Assembly: GCA_001275005.1 (NCBI GenBank)
Contig: JWZX01002239.1
Location: forward strand, 1 to 35,740
DNA: 35,740 bases
Source of the DNA: Chrysochromulina tobinii
Taxonomy: Eukaryota
Direction of reading: 5' to 3'
Position 1 is the stretch's first letter; the number at the start of each line of letters is the position of its first letter. The notes under the pieces are model-generated. The model ran no database searches. It was not told the DNA's origin and saw nothing but the letters and a program-made list of their open reading frames with translations. This document shows, piece by piece, positions 1 to 9,597 of the stretch. The translations under genes were made by a program, and so were the position numbers.

Positions 1-102
1 ACCGGGCTGATTATCAGAGAGCATCACACTGTTCTTCCGTTGGTGTAACGTTGTGCCATAATGACGGATAACGCGTGCGGTCGTGTGGGCTACACATGAG
101 TA

Positions 103-1094
103 CAGGAGCGGAAATAGAAACTGCGCTGTGTATTCTGGAATTTGCTCTCTACCGCTCTACGTACGTAAGCCCTAGGTATTACACGCGGAAACTCGGAATC
201 TGGGAATTTGCGAGTCCCTCTTGCTGCGACCCAAGTGCCAAGAGGGGTCCTCGGAAACTCGGAAACTCGGAATCTGGAATTTGGGGGGATTTGGGAGTCC
301 CTCTGCCTTGATCCGAAGAGGGAACCTCGGAAACTCGGAAACTCGGAATCTGGAATTTGGGGGTGGTGCTCCTTAGGTGCTTTCCCTTGGGCTTGGACCC
401 AAGAGGGGGCCTCGGAAACTCGGAAACACGGAATCTGGAATTTGCCCAGGAATATCCTGGAATCTGCACACTCGGAATCTTGGAATCTGGAATTTGCGGA
501 GGAGTATCCTGGAATCTGCCCACCAGGAAAGAGGAAACAAGGAATTTGGAAATTGGGGTCCCTCCGCGGACCCACAGAGGGGCCTTGGAAACTCGGAAAC
601 TCGGAATCTGGAATTTGCAGAGGAGTATCCTGGAATCTGCACACTTGGAAACATGGAATCTGGTTTTTGGGGTCCCTCTGCGGACCCACGGAGGGGCCCC
701 GGAGACGCGCGTTCTGGCCAAGACGTTGCCGGGGGCCTTGCAACGTTGCAAGGGCCTTTCGCGTTGCGGGAAACGTGCATACATGCAGTACCGGCAAAGT
801 GATCGCAGTTTCCACTTTCCAAGATTCCGAGTTCCCTAGGCCCAAGAAAAAAGAAAGGAGCGGTACCGGTTCAGAAACACAGGGGGAACAGTTGTACCAG
901 TTTCCAAGAACCGGCGCGGGCCATCCAGAATCCAGATTCCGTGCCTCGCCGCGGATTTTGGAACCTGGACAGATTTCAAGATCCAGATATCGCCATGCAG
1001 AATCCAACTTACGCACCTCGCCCTGCGATTTGGAAATTGAAAGACAAAATACAGATTCCAAATTCCGAGACAGCAGTTTCTGTTTACGCTCCTG
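103..1094. mobile_element. Non-autonomous Tc1/mariner-superfamily (MITE-like) element, ~992 bp
   Basis: Inverted repeats GAGTACAGGAGCGGAAATAGAAACTGC (98-124) and the reverse complement of 1073-1099 match at 25/27. Termini read TA|CAGGAGCG...CGCTCCTG|TA, with TA at 101-102 and 1095-1096 as the putative TSD. No transposase motifs inside. Confidence 0.8.
186..700 (+). repeat. Internal direct-repeat array of (CTCGGAAA)CTCGGAATCTGGAATTTG separated by hairpin-forming segments
   Basis: Full copies start at ~250, 326, 411 and 584; partial copies at ~187, 470, 534 and 647. Intervening stems such as CCCTCTTG (216-223) / CAAGAGGG (239-246). Confidence 0.85.
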
Positions 1095-1350
1095 TACTCT
1101 GACTTCATCTTGACTCTTCGGGATCGTCAAAGTGGTCAGACGTCACGCCTCAGAGCACCGACGAGGCGCTCAGATCTCAGTCATGTCCGAGACACCTCGC
1201 GGCGAGAGAGAGAAGCGTCCGGATCGGAGACGGAGAGCGCCTGCGCCAGGCCGTAGCCAGAGTCGCAGTCCTCCGCACCTACTGATGGCGTTCGCAATAA
1301 CGTCTCTGCTCTTTCGCGTTGTCCGTTGAGTCTTGACGGAGATGAGACGC

Positions 1351-2592
1351 TCATGCAAACAAGATCCTTTCTAGATCGGGCTCCTCCAACGGGATTTGTG
1401 CTAGACTCAGGTTGAGTTTGACGGTGGTCAACTTGCTGCTGAAAAAACGACCAGGGCCCTCTGTTGTCGTCGTCGTCAATTTGCACTTGACCTCGACCTT
1501 GAGCGAGTAGGCGTCTAGGTCTGCTGCCTTTGGCTGATAGCCCACGAGCGTCAGTTCGGCAAGTGGCACCCCGAGCGGAACGAGGTCGTCTGCGCCGAAG
1601 CCGCCCTGAATGAGGTCCGCGAGGGTATAGCGAAGCGTCATAAGCTCGGCCGCCGAATACCCTGCGGCCCTCAGCAGCTCGGTTGTTGGGTAGCCTCCAG
1701 CCTTGAGCTCCGCGAACGAAAAGCCGACTGTGATCGGCTCGCCTGCAGGGTAGCCCGCCTCACGCAAGTCACGAGCCGTGAAGCCCGCCTGCTTGAGCTC
1801 CACGAGCGAGAAACCCGCTTCACGCAGATCCGCCGCCTTGTACCTGGCTTCCTTGAGATCGGCTGCCGTGAATCCTGCAGACTTCATTTTGCCGGCTGTG
1901 TAGCCAACATCCTTGAGCTGCTGCGGTCGGAATCCGGCGTTTTTGAGGTCGACAGCTTTGAATCCGGCCTCTTTCAGAAGCTGGGCGCTGAAGCCGACGG
2001 ATTTAAGCTCGACGGCGCGGAAGTGAGCATTCTTGAGGTCCTCAGCCGAGAAGCCCGCCGCCTTGAGCTCGTCGAGCGTGAAGCCGGCCGACTTGAGGTC
2101 CGCAGCGGTGTGTTGGACCGCTCGAAGCTGTGTGGCATGGTATCCAGCTCCCTTGAGCTCTGAGAGAGGAAAGCCAGGCCAACGCTGGCTGGCCTCGTGC
2201 TTATTCAGAACCAACGAATCGGACGGCGACCGTTTAGAGCTCGACGCCTGCGAGCTCATTGCGCGAGCACCGTATGAGATCGCAGAAGCTATTCTGTCAG
2301 TGTGAACAGTGAGCTCTTTGCTTGCGCTCCTTCGTCGTGCTTTTGCAGATCCGGCCTCTTTGCCGTTGTCCTGCTTGTGGCCAGACGCCCCCCAATCGTA
2401 CCTGTCTGCCTCATCATCATGCTTGCCCCAGCCCGATGGCAGATCGGAAGCATCACTTGCAAGACCAAAGGAGGCGTGGGCGCCGACTCGTTCGCTCGCT
2501 GAGCCCACGCTGGAGGCGGCAGCAACCGAGTCGGACGCCGTGCCACGGCCACGATTCTTAGATGGCGCGGGCGTCTTCGGTGCCGGTGGCAT
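1351..2592 (-). CDS. Decapeptide-repeat protein (xAxDLKxAGF repeats, IcmE/DotG-repeat-like)
   Basis: About 20 tandem 10-aa units (TAADLKSAGF, TLDELKAAGF, SAEDLKNAHF, KAVDLKNAGF...) over ~1560-2180, after a disordered N-terminus. First in-frame ATG at 2592. Confidence 0.8.
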   Translation of the reverse strand: MPPAPKTPAPSKNRGRGTASDSVAAASSVGSASERVGAHASFGLASDASDLPSGWGKHDDEADRYDWGASGHKQDNGKEAGSAKARRRSASKELTVHTDRIASAISYGARAMSSQASSSKRSPSDSLVLNKHEASQRWPGFPLSELKGAGYHATQLRAVQHTAADLKSAGFTLDELKAAGFSAEDLKNAHFRAVELKSVGFSAQLLKEAGFKAVDLKNAGFRPQQLKDVGYTAGKMKSAGFTAADLKEARYKAADLREAGFSLVELKQAGFTARDLREAGYPAGEPITVGFSFAELKAGGYPTTELLRAAGYSAAELMTLRYTLADLIQGGFGADDLVPLGVPLAELTLVGYQPKAADLDAYSLKVEVKCKLTTTTTEGPGRFFSSKLTTVKLNLSLAQIPLEEPDLERILFA

Positions 2593-2883
2593 CGCTCGAC
2601 GGCCAAGAAATCGGACGTCTTCGCCCAAAGCAAAGGGCGTTTCGGCGCGCGATAGCGGGCGATCTTCGAGTAGCCGGCGATCTTCGAAGAGGAGACAAGC
2701 CGCGTCGTGGGCATACAGTCGTCAATTAGTCAGTCCCTGTGAGAATGTATTCGCGACATTTGCTCGTCACGACCCGTGCGCAAACTAAAACATCCGCGAG
2801 AGTTCCGCGCGGGGGGCGCGGCAAGCTCTCTCGAATGCGCGTCGGTCGGTGCACCTGCTCACAAACTCAACTCATCAGGGTTT

Positions 2884-4050
2884 ATGCCTGAGCGTCAGCG
2901 GCCCGCACGACGGGTACACATCGCGTACCTGATGTTCTCGTGGCTCTACCTGGCGCTGCCCTGCGCGAGCTTGAGAGTGCAGCCCAGCGCTTCGCTCGAT
3001 GCGACACTTTTGCTCCGTTTGCGCCAGACGACAGAGGTGGCCGAGCAGGTGCTGAGTTCGGAAGGCAGGGATATCACGCGCTGGTGGGGTAACATGGGCC
3101 ACAGCGGCCAGGTTGGTCCCGAGATTGCACTGCTGCGAAGGCTGGTGACAAATCAGTCTGTCAAGACAGTCTGTGAGATCGGCATGAATGCTGGGCACTC
3201 TGCTGTGGCGCTTCTCGAGGGGCTGGATACTCACCTCGTTGAGTTTGATCTGCTTTCTCTTCCTTACTCGAATGCATCTCGAGCTGCGCTCGAGCGGGCT
3301 TATCCAGGTCGTACGCAATTCTTCCAGGGCAAGTCGCAAATTCAGGTTCCGCTGTATGCCGATCTGGTCCGCCGGCACATGCAACCTCCATGTGATCTGT
3401 GGTTTGTGGATGGTGATCACGAGCACGGTGCTATCCTTGATATGAGGGCGGCGCTGACCGTCTCCAGTGACGGCGCTCTCTTGGTGGCTGATGACTGTTC
3501 GACACGTCACAGGAAGGTGATGTTCGCGTTTCGTCAGCTGGTGGAGGAGGGCCACCTGGTTGACGCTTGGAATTCGACTGTCCACCTTCCGCACCCCACG
3601 GGCACCAAAGGGTGGTGTGTTGGCCGGTTCCGGCGTGATGAGAAGCTAGCCCACTTATTGGAGCCCACTTGGCTCGCAACGGCCAGTGTCTTGAACCGAT
3701 TCGTCGACGGCGTCAGCATGTACTGGTGGAGGGAAAGGAACGGCTTCATCAACCGCCCGTTTTATTGGTGCGCCGTCATTGGTGGGCCGCGTGACGGCGT
3801 CCGTCGCGTGTACAACGTGAGCGACTGCCAGACGGCACGCATGCAACAGAGTACAGCAGCGTACGGGCCCAATGAGAACATCACCACGGAAGTGTTGGCT
3901 AAGGCCAAGCATGCAGAGGAACATCGGAAACTGTACTGCAACAGCCAGAGTGGAAAGGACCGTGCTTGGATTGACCGGTGCATCAGCTCGGCAGCACCAG
4001 CGTGGACATCCTTGCGCAGAGCACAAAATTTCACTAAAGCCCCCACCTGA
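2884..4050 (+). CDS. Class I SAM-dependent methyltransferase (Methyltransf_24-like) with N-terminal hydrophobic anchor/signal
   Basis: Motif I VCEIGMNAGHSA and a DLWFVDGDHEH motif; hydrophobic IAYLMFSWLYLALPCA near the N-terminus. ATG at 2884. Confidence 0.8.
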   Translation: MPERQRPARRVHIAYLMFSWLYLALPCASLRVQPSASLDATLLLRLRQTTEVAEQVLSSEGRDITRWWGNMGHSGQVGPEIALLRRLVTNQSVKTVCEIGMNAGHSAVALLEGLDTHLVEFDLLSLPYSNASRAALERAYPGRTQFFQGKSQIQVPLYADLVRRHMQPPCDLWFVDGDHEHGAILDMRAALTVSSDGALLVADDCSTRHRKVMFAFRQLVEEGHLVDAWNSTVHLPHPTGTKGWCVGRFRRDEKLAHLLEPTWLATASVLNRFVDGVSMYWWRERNGFINRPFYWCAVIGGPRDGVRRVYNVSDCQTARMQQSTAAYGPNENITTEVLAKAKHAEEHRKLYCNSQSGKDRAWIDRCISSAAPAWTSLRRAQNFTKAPT

Positions 4051-4373
4051 TCATCTGTCACAATCCCGCCCAGCAGCATCTACGGCTTGCGAGCGGCAGG
4101 GATCACCCTGTGCGCTGGGAGAGCACGACCTCACCAGCAACAATTTGGGTGCTACTTTGTACTTTGTGTTGATGAAGCGCAGCGACTGTGTCTGACAAAA
4201 CCCAAGTTTCAAGTTTGCCATTGTAGTTCGGCCGTCCCCCCTGGCGGAGACGCGACGCGACGTTCGCTCGCGTGTTTGTGTTCGTCCCGAACGTGACCGG
4301 CATTCGGAGTTCATCGCGGGGTACAGTACAGCGATTGCGTGTCGCTGCTGTGTCCAACCGTGCCGTACAGATC

Positions 4374-5657
4374 ATGGGGAAAAATAAGAAGCCGGAGAAC
4401 AACAAGATCGTGAGTCAATCCAAGCAAACCGACAGGTCCGACCATACGTCATCCTCTGCCGCGGCCCCGCTAGCAGCAGAAGCGCCTTCTTCCAAGCAAA
4501 AGAAGAAGGAAAAGGAATTGTCGTCCACCAATCCGCTGAATGCTTGGGCAGTTTGGCTGCTGGTGATGCTGCTCGCTCTTGCATACGTGGCGATCGTGCC
4601 GCCACCAGGGGCCGTGACTCTCGCTATAGCGCCAACAAGAAGCGCGTCAGGCAGCGTCGTGGAGCCTCCGAGAGTGTCGTTTGAGGAGGCTCACGCCGGG
4701 GGGGCGAAGCTGCGGCAGCAGTCCACATCGTCACGCTCAACTCCGCCACCATCGCCAAAGCCCGTGCCAAAGCCTGTACCCACACCCATGGTCATTGCAA
4801 CCCCGCCCGATTGCAAAGATGAAGAGGATAAGAGGGATTGCGAGTATTGGAGCTCTCAGGGCGAGTGCTCCAAAAATCCTACCTTCATGCTCGAGAAATG
4901 CAAAAAGTCGTGCAACGCGTGCAATGCGCCGAAAAAGGTCGACCGATGTGCGTGGGACCCGTCGCCCGACGTGCCGATGGGCGTGCCGCCCGGAGGAATG
5001 GCCTCGATTCGCGCCAAGGCTCTCTCCCTACCCCTCCTCGAACCAAGCGTCTTGTCCGAGGATCCGCTCATCCTACAGTTTGACAACTTCATCCAGCCAA
5101 CCGAGGCCGATGCGATCATGGCCGCCGGCGCGAAGATGGGCTACCAACCGTCCGAGGTGCTTGACAAGGGACATGGCGACTGGAAGCGCTCGATGCACCG
5201 CACGTCGTCCTCGACGCACTGCCATGCGAGCCAGCCTTGCTGGAAAGTGATGGAGCCCCTCCTTACGCGCGCGTTCCCAATCGTCGGCATGGGCGAGCGG
5301 CATGCCGAGGTGCAGCTGCTCGAATACGCTGAGGGCCAGTACTACAAGAGCCATTCGGACTTCCTCGGAGGGTCTGAGAATTTCATGGCGGGCCCGCGCG
5401 CACTCACACTCTTGATGTACCTGGACGATCCGCCGGAGGGAGGCGAAACCGCCTTCCCCGAGATCGGGCTTACGGTGCAAGCTAAGCGTGGGCGCGCGAT
5501 CCTATGGCCCTCGGCACTGGATCAGAACCCGCGCGTCAAGGACACGCGCACCAAGCACCAAGCGCTGCCCGTCTTGCGCGGTGGCAAGCACGCTGTCAAT
5601 ATCTGGTACTACCAACGTGACTTTTGGGAGGCGAGCAGCAAAGGGTGCATGGGGTGA
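4374..5657 (+). CDS. Prolyl 4-hydroxylase (2OG-Fe(II) dioxygenase) with TM anchor and ShK domain
   Basis: TM AWAVWLLVMLLALAYVAIV; ShK CKDEEDKRDCEYWSSQGECSKNPTFMLEKCKKSCNAC; catalytic motifs YKSHSD, LMYLDD..EGGETAFP, HQALPV..GGK; also RTSS. Confidence 0.92.
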   Translation: MGKNKKPENNKIVSQSKQTDRSDHTSSSAAAPLAAEAPSSKQKKKEKELSSTNPLNAWAVWLLVMLLALAYVAIVPPPGAVTLAIAPTRSASGSVVEPPRVSFEEAHAGGAKLRQQSTSSRSTPPPSPKPVPKPVPTPMVIATPPDCKDEEDKRDCEYWSSQGECSKNPTFMLEKCKKSCNACNAPKKVDRCAWDPSPDVPMGVPPGGMASIRAKALSLPLLEPSVLSEDPLILQFDNFIQPTEADAIMAAGAKMGYQPSEVLDKGHGDWKRSMHRTSSSTHCHASQPCWKVMEPLLTRAFPIVGMGERHAEVQLLEYAEGQYYKSHSDFLGGSENFMAGPRALTLLMYLDDPPEGGETAFPEIGLTVQAKRGRAILWPSALDQNPRVKDTRTKHQALPVLRGGKHAVNIWYYQRDFWEASSKGCMG

Positions 5658-6505
5658 CGCACATGACGCACGGCCGCAACCGGCCGCTACGCAAGACGAG
5701 ATGCCGCGGCACCGGAGGGGAGCGGGACTCGCGTCTCGGAACAAGAGCGGAATGTATCTGGGTGACAGATTAAATCTGCAAGATTAAATCTCCCGGATCC
5801 AACGGATAATGCAGGTGACAACACGCGCCGTCGACCCGTCACCCTCGCGACCCCTGACGCCTGACGACCCGGGCATGCACGCATGCTGCACCGGCTCGAC
5901 GGACGCGGCCGGACCGCCCGCCTGAAAGGTGAAAGCCTCTAGCCCCTGTAGCTAGCCGCTCACGCCCTCACCGACTGCGGGCGGGGCGCGCGGTCAGATG
6001 GCGCTGCCTGGACTGATGCTTACACTGCTGTACTTTTGACTGACGCTTAGAGTTTACGACCGGACCGGACGCATCTGACGCTTACGAGTTACGTGTACGG
6101 GGGGATCCGGAACTGCTATCGTATTATTTCCCGACACTGCTCACTGGGCGCTCCCGTCGCGCTACCGCGGCCGGCCTGATTGGTTATTGCACCTCGGCTT
6201 TTCTGGCTACACACAACACGCGAGCTGGAAATCTGGTCTCTGATATCGTGTAGGACGGTGGACACGATCCATTTGAGGAAATCTCATCGTCGTTCTCAGA
6301 GTGGGGATCCGCCTGATGGGGGATGCAATCAAGGAAGGTCATCGTAGATTCGTAGTTCTCTCGGTGGGGATCCGCCAAACGGAATGTCTAAAGAGGCAAT
6401 TGCTCGCCACTTTCTTACGCTCTGCTCCATCAGCAGAGCGCTCATCAGGTTGTGCTCGCGCTCGTCTCTGATCGTTGGCCGTGAGGAGCTGCGCCGGCGC
6501 CAACG

Positions 6506-7158
6506 TTATCGCCCGTGAGTTGCAAAGCCGATCGACGGCATCATCGCTGACGCTGACGACATCATCGCCGACGACAGCATCGTCTTGCGCCGCTTGGCGG
6601 TCGGATCTCCGGCGGCCGGTCCGGCCATGTCGGCAGCGTGCGCGTGAGCGGGCACGGCCGCCCCAGCCGCCGTACCGGTCGCCGCACCGGCTGCGGGCGG
6701 CTCTGCGGGCTTCCACACCCCTGGCACGCCTTGGAACGCACCGTGCTGCACCTGCTCTTCAGAGTGGTCGTACTCTGACGGTGCGACGGCGCCGGTGGAG
6801 GACACCGGCAAGGAGCAGGCTGCTGGCGAGCCGAGGCGCGTGAGCCGCGGCTCGCTCCCTTCAGACGTCGTGTGCGGCAGCGATGCGTAGCGGACCTCGT
6901 TGACGACCTCCGCTGCCCAGCGCACGGTGCGGCGCATCTTGTTGGGCGCCGGCTCGAGCGCCGGCGGTGCGCTGCAGCCTACGTACGGGCTGGCGAGGGA
7001 CGAGTCGCTCGTGCCCGCCACGCTGGCCACCTCGCTCGCGCCGAGCTCGCTCGCCGCATCGCTCGTCGCATCTGACGGCTCGTGAGTGGTCTCGGACATG
7101 GCGTCGTCATCGGTGGCACCGTCGCTTGCGAGGCCGCGCTTCGCTTCACGCTGGATCG

Positions 7159-7200
<42 letters not shown>

Positions 7201-7960
7201 GCTGCACGAGGAGCGCTTTGTAGCCCTCCAGCCGCACATCACGCGTCACCGTCGCCGGAGGCATCTGCGGCCGGCGCACGATGCCAGCAGCCTTAGCGAC
7301 CGAGGTCGACAGGAGAGGCGGCGGCGGCGGCGGCGCAGGCAGCGGGCGCGGTGGCGCAGGAAGCGACGCTAGCGGAGGCTGCGGCACTGGCTCAGGCTGA
7401 AACACAGACGCTGGCCGTGGCGTAGGCAGTGAGCACGGCGGCGGAGGCTGCTGCGGCGCCGGAGGCTGCGACCACGACGGCGCTGGCGCGGCCGTCGGAG
7501 TGACGACGATAATGGGCGGCGCCGCGTCGTCGTCGCCGTCGGAAACGATTGGAGTGGCGGCGGGGTCAACGGGCGGGGCGACGGATGTATCGGCGTCATG
7601 AGCAGCACCATCAGTTGAAGGAGCGCCGGTGACAACTGCAGGGGTGACGGCCGCCGCAGCAGCAGACTGCGCCGTGGCCGTGGGCGCGTTGCGAACACAA
7701 GGTTTTAGGTGGCTGCGCTTCCATGCGGCGAGCACCTCGCCGGCCCCGGCGAGGTTGGCCTCGAACTCCCATGTGTTATCCTCCGTCGGCCAATTGAGCC
7801 ACTTGACCAAGTACTCAGTGCCCTTCCGTGTGCGGCGCTGTGCGACGATTGCCTCGACCTCGTAGTCGTGCTCCTCGATGGCGACGAAGGAGCACACACC
7901 CTTGTGGTCCTTCTCAAGACAGCAGCCCGATTCGCCGCAGATGCCCCGCCACTTGCGCAT
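6506..7960 (-). CDS. Chromodomain protein with N-terminal Cys/His motif, Pro-rich and polyQ regions (5' end uncertain)
   Basis: YEVEAIVAQRRTRKGTEYLVKWLNWPTEDNTWEFEANL is a canonical chromodomain, preceded by CGESGCCLEKDHKGVC. Basic NLS-like AKRRK near the C-terminus. Confidence 0.85.
7160..7197 (-). repeat. (CAG)n microsatellite encoding polyQ
   Basis: Uninterrupted CTG run of about 12 units on the + strand, inside the chromodomain CDS. Confidence 0.95.
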
Positions 7961-8013
7961 CGTACGCTTTCGGCTCGAGTTCTGATCGCTCTCGCTTGCT
8001 CGACCACGTGGAG

Positions 8014-8050
8014 AGTCAAGACAAGTGAAGTCAAGTCAAGTCAAGTCAAG
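8014..8050. repeat. (AGTCA)n / (ACTTG)n pentamer microsatellite
   Basis: agtcaagacaagtgaagtcaagtcaagtcaagtcaag, just upstream of the chromodomain ATG. Confidence 0.85.
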
Positions 8051-8385
8051 AGAAGGCGGCGGCGCAGCGGACAAACGCCCGCAAAACACTAACGGTACTG
8101 TGGATTTCAACTCCGATCGGCGACCTTGAGTTCGGAGATCCTTGAAGACGAAACAATTGCTCACGTCGGCCTCGGCTTCGTGCTCAATACGCTCACACCT
8201 CCCCGTTTTCTCCACAGGGGAGTCGGCCCGGCTCGGCGTGGGTGCCCCGTTCACTTTTTGAGAAAGTAGGCCTCAACTTCGCTCCGAGGACCTCCGACTC
8301 CGAGGCTCTCGGGCGGTCGGGCCTGTAGTCCCGCAAGCTCTCTGCCAGCATCCCACCTAGGCGCCAGCCCACCCCTATTCCTTAA

Positions 8386-9597
8386 ATGAGTAAGCTGCTG
8401 GTCGCGGACCCGGCACTTCTTGCGCTGCCTCCGCTTGCGCCCGGAGAATCGATTGCCGAAACCGGCGCGCGTCATGTCGAGGCCATAACCGAGGCGATCC
8501 CCAAGATGGGACCAGGCTACAGCCTGTTTGGGGTTCACGACATCCGGGGCCGTGGCACGCACGTCGAACCCTCTCCTCACTGTGACCCATTCATCATGTG
8601 CCAGGCGGTGTCTCTGCCGGCAGGCATGAAACCGCCCTTCTGCGCCCATCCTCACTGCGGAGCTTCAATCGTGTCAATCCTTTTGCAGGGCACCGCGATG
8701 CGGCCGTGGGACAACGTGCAGGGCCCAGAGCCGGAGCCACTGGTGCCGGGAGGCCTCTACCATGTGGACACGGGCGCCGGCTGCGTGCACGACGAACCGG
8801 TGGAACCGATTGCACTGCGGCCGCCCACGGCGCCTGGCTTTGCCGACGAGGATGACGCTATCCTTCCCGCCACCTCACCGTTGGTGATGATGCAACTCTG
8901 GTGGAATGCAGTGGACACCGATGCACCTGTCGGCACGCCGCTCCGCGCCGTGCGGACGCAGGTGGTCTCACCCACCGAAGTGCCTCGTGTGTCGCTCGAA
9001 GGTGGCATTCACCTTCGCTGCCTTGCCGGAGGATACGCTGGTACCAAGGATACGCTCGCGGAGAGCGCCACGTACCCTATCTTGCTCCTCCATGTGCGGC
9101 TCGAGCCGCAGGCCGATGGGCTGCTCAAAGAGCTGCCGAGCTTGTTCAACGGCTTCCTGTGGGTTTTGGAGGGCAGCGTGCTTGCCGGCGGCGCCGTCGC
9201 GCCTGCCGACGAGGGCATGGCGAACGCCGCCCAGGCCACTGCCGGCGCCCATGGCTTTCTCAGGTTGCCTCCGGGTGGTGATGTCTTGCGGCTTCGCAAC
9301 CCGAGTTCGGATGGGCGGGCGATGGTCATGATTGGTCTCGGCCGCCCACATCGCAGGCCCTACTACAAGTACGTCGGCTACGGCGGCGGTCTGATCCACC
9401 GTTCCGTGGAGGAGGTGCAGGCAGCCATGGATGAGTACGAGGCGGACCCAAAGAACTTTGGGCGGCGAGCGGCCAAGGCTACAGCCAAGGACGTCGACAT
9501 GTCTGGCTACCGGCTCGTGCCCGGCTTCCAGTCGGATGGTGGAGAGATGATGGAGCGCCCGCCCGAGGCGCTCGCGCGCTTCGCATATTGTCATTAA
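8386..9597 (+). CDS. Pirin-family bicupin
   Basis: DPFI, FCAHPHCG (HPHxG), TGAGCVHDE (GxxHxE), QLW and FNGFLWVLEG. Metal ligands H-H-H-E are present. Confidence 0.88.
   Translation: MSKLLVADPALLALPPLAPGESIAETGARHVEAITEAIPKMGPGYSLFGVHDIRGRGTHVEPSPHCDPFIMCQAVSLPAGMKPPFCAHPHCGASIVSILLQGTAMRPWDNVQGPEPEPLVPGGLYHVDTGAGCVHDEPVEPIALRPPTAPGFADEDDAILPATSPLVMMQLWWNAVDTDAPVGTPLRAVRTQVVSPTEVPRVSLEGGIHLRCLAGGYAGTKDTLAESATYPILLLHVRLEPQADGLLKELPSLFNGFLWVLEGSVLAGGAVAPADEGMANAAQATAGAHGFLRLPPGGDVLRLRNPSSDGRAMVMIGLGRPHRRPYYKYVGYGGGLIHRSVEEVQAAMDEYEADPKNFGRRAAKATAKDVDMSGYRLVPGFQSDGGEMMERPPEALARFAYCH

Noticed and set aside
186..700. CRISPR array
   Set aside because: Spacers are related to each other and form hairpins, spacing is irregular (76, 85, 173 bp), there are no cas genes, the context is eukaryotic, and the array lies within TIRs.
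90..1130. Long ORFs (346 and 301 aa) across the element as a transposase
   Set aside because: The translations are just the repeat (FQIPSFRVSEFP) in stop-poor sequence, with no DDE/HTH motifs.
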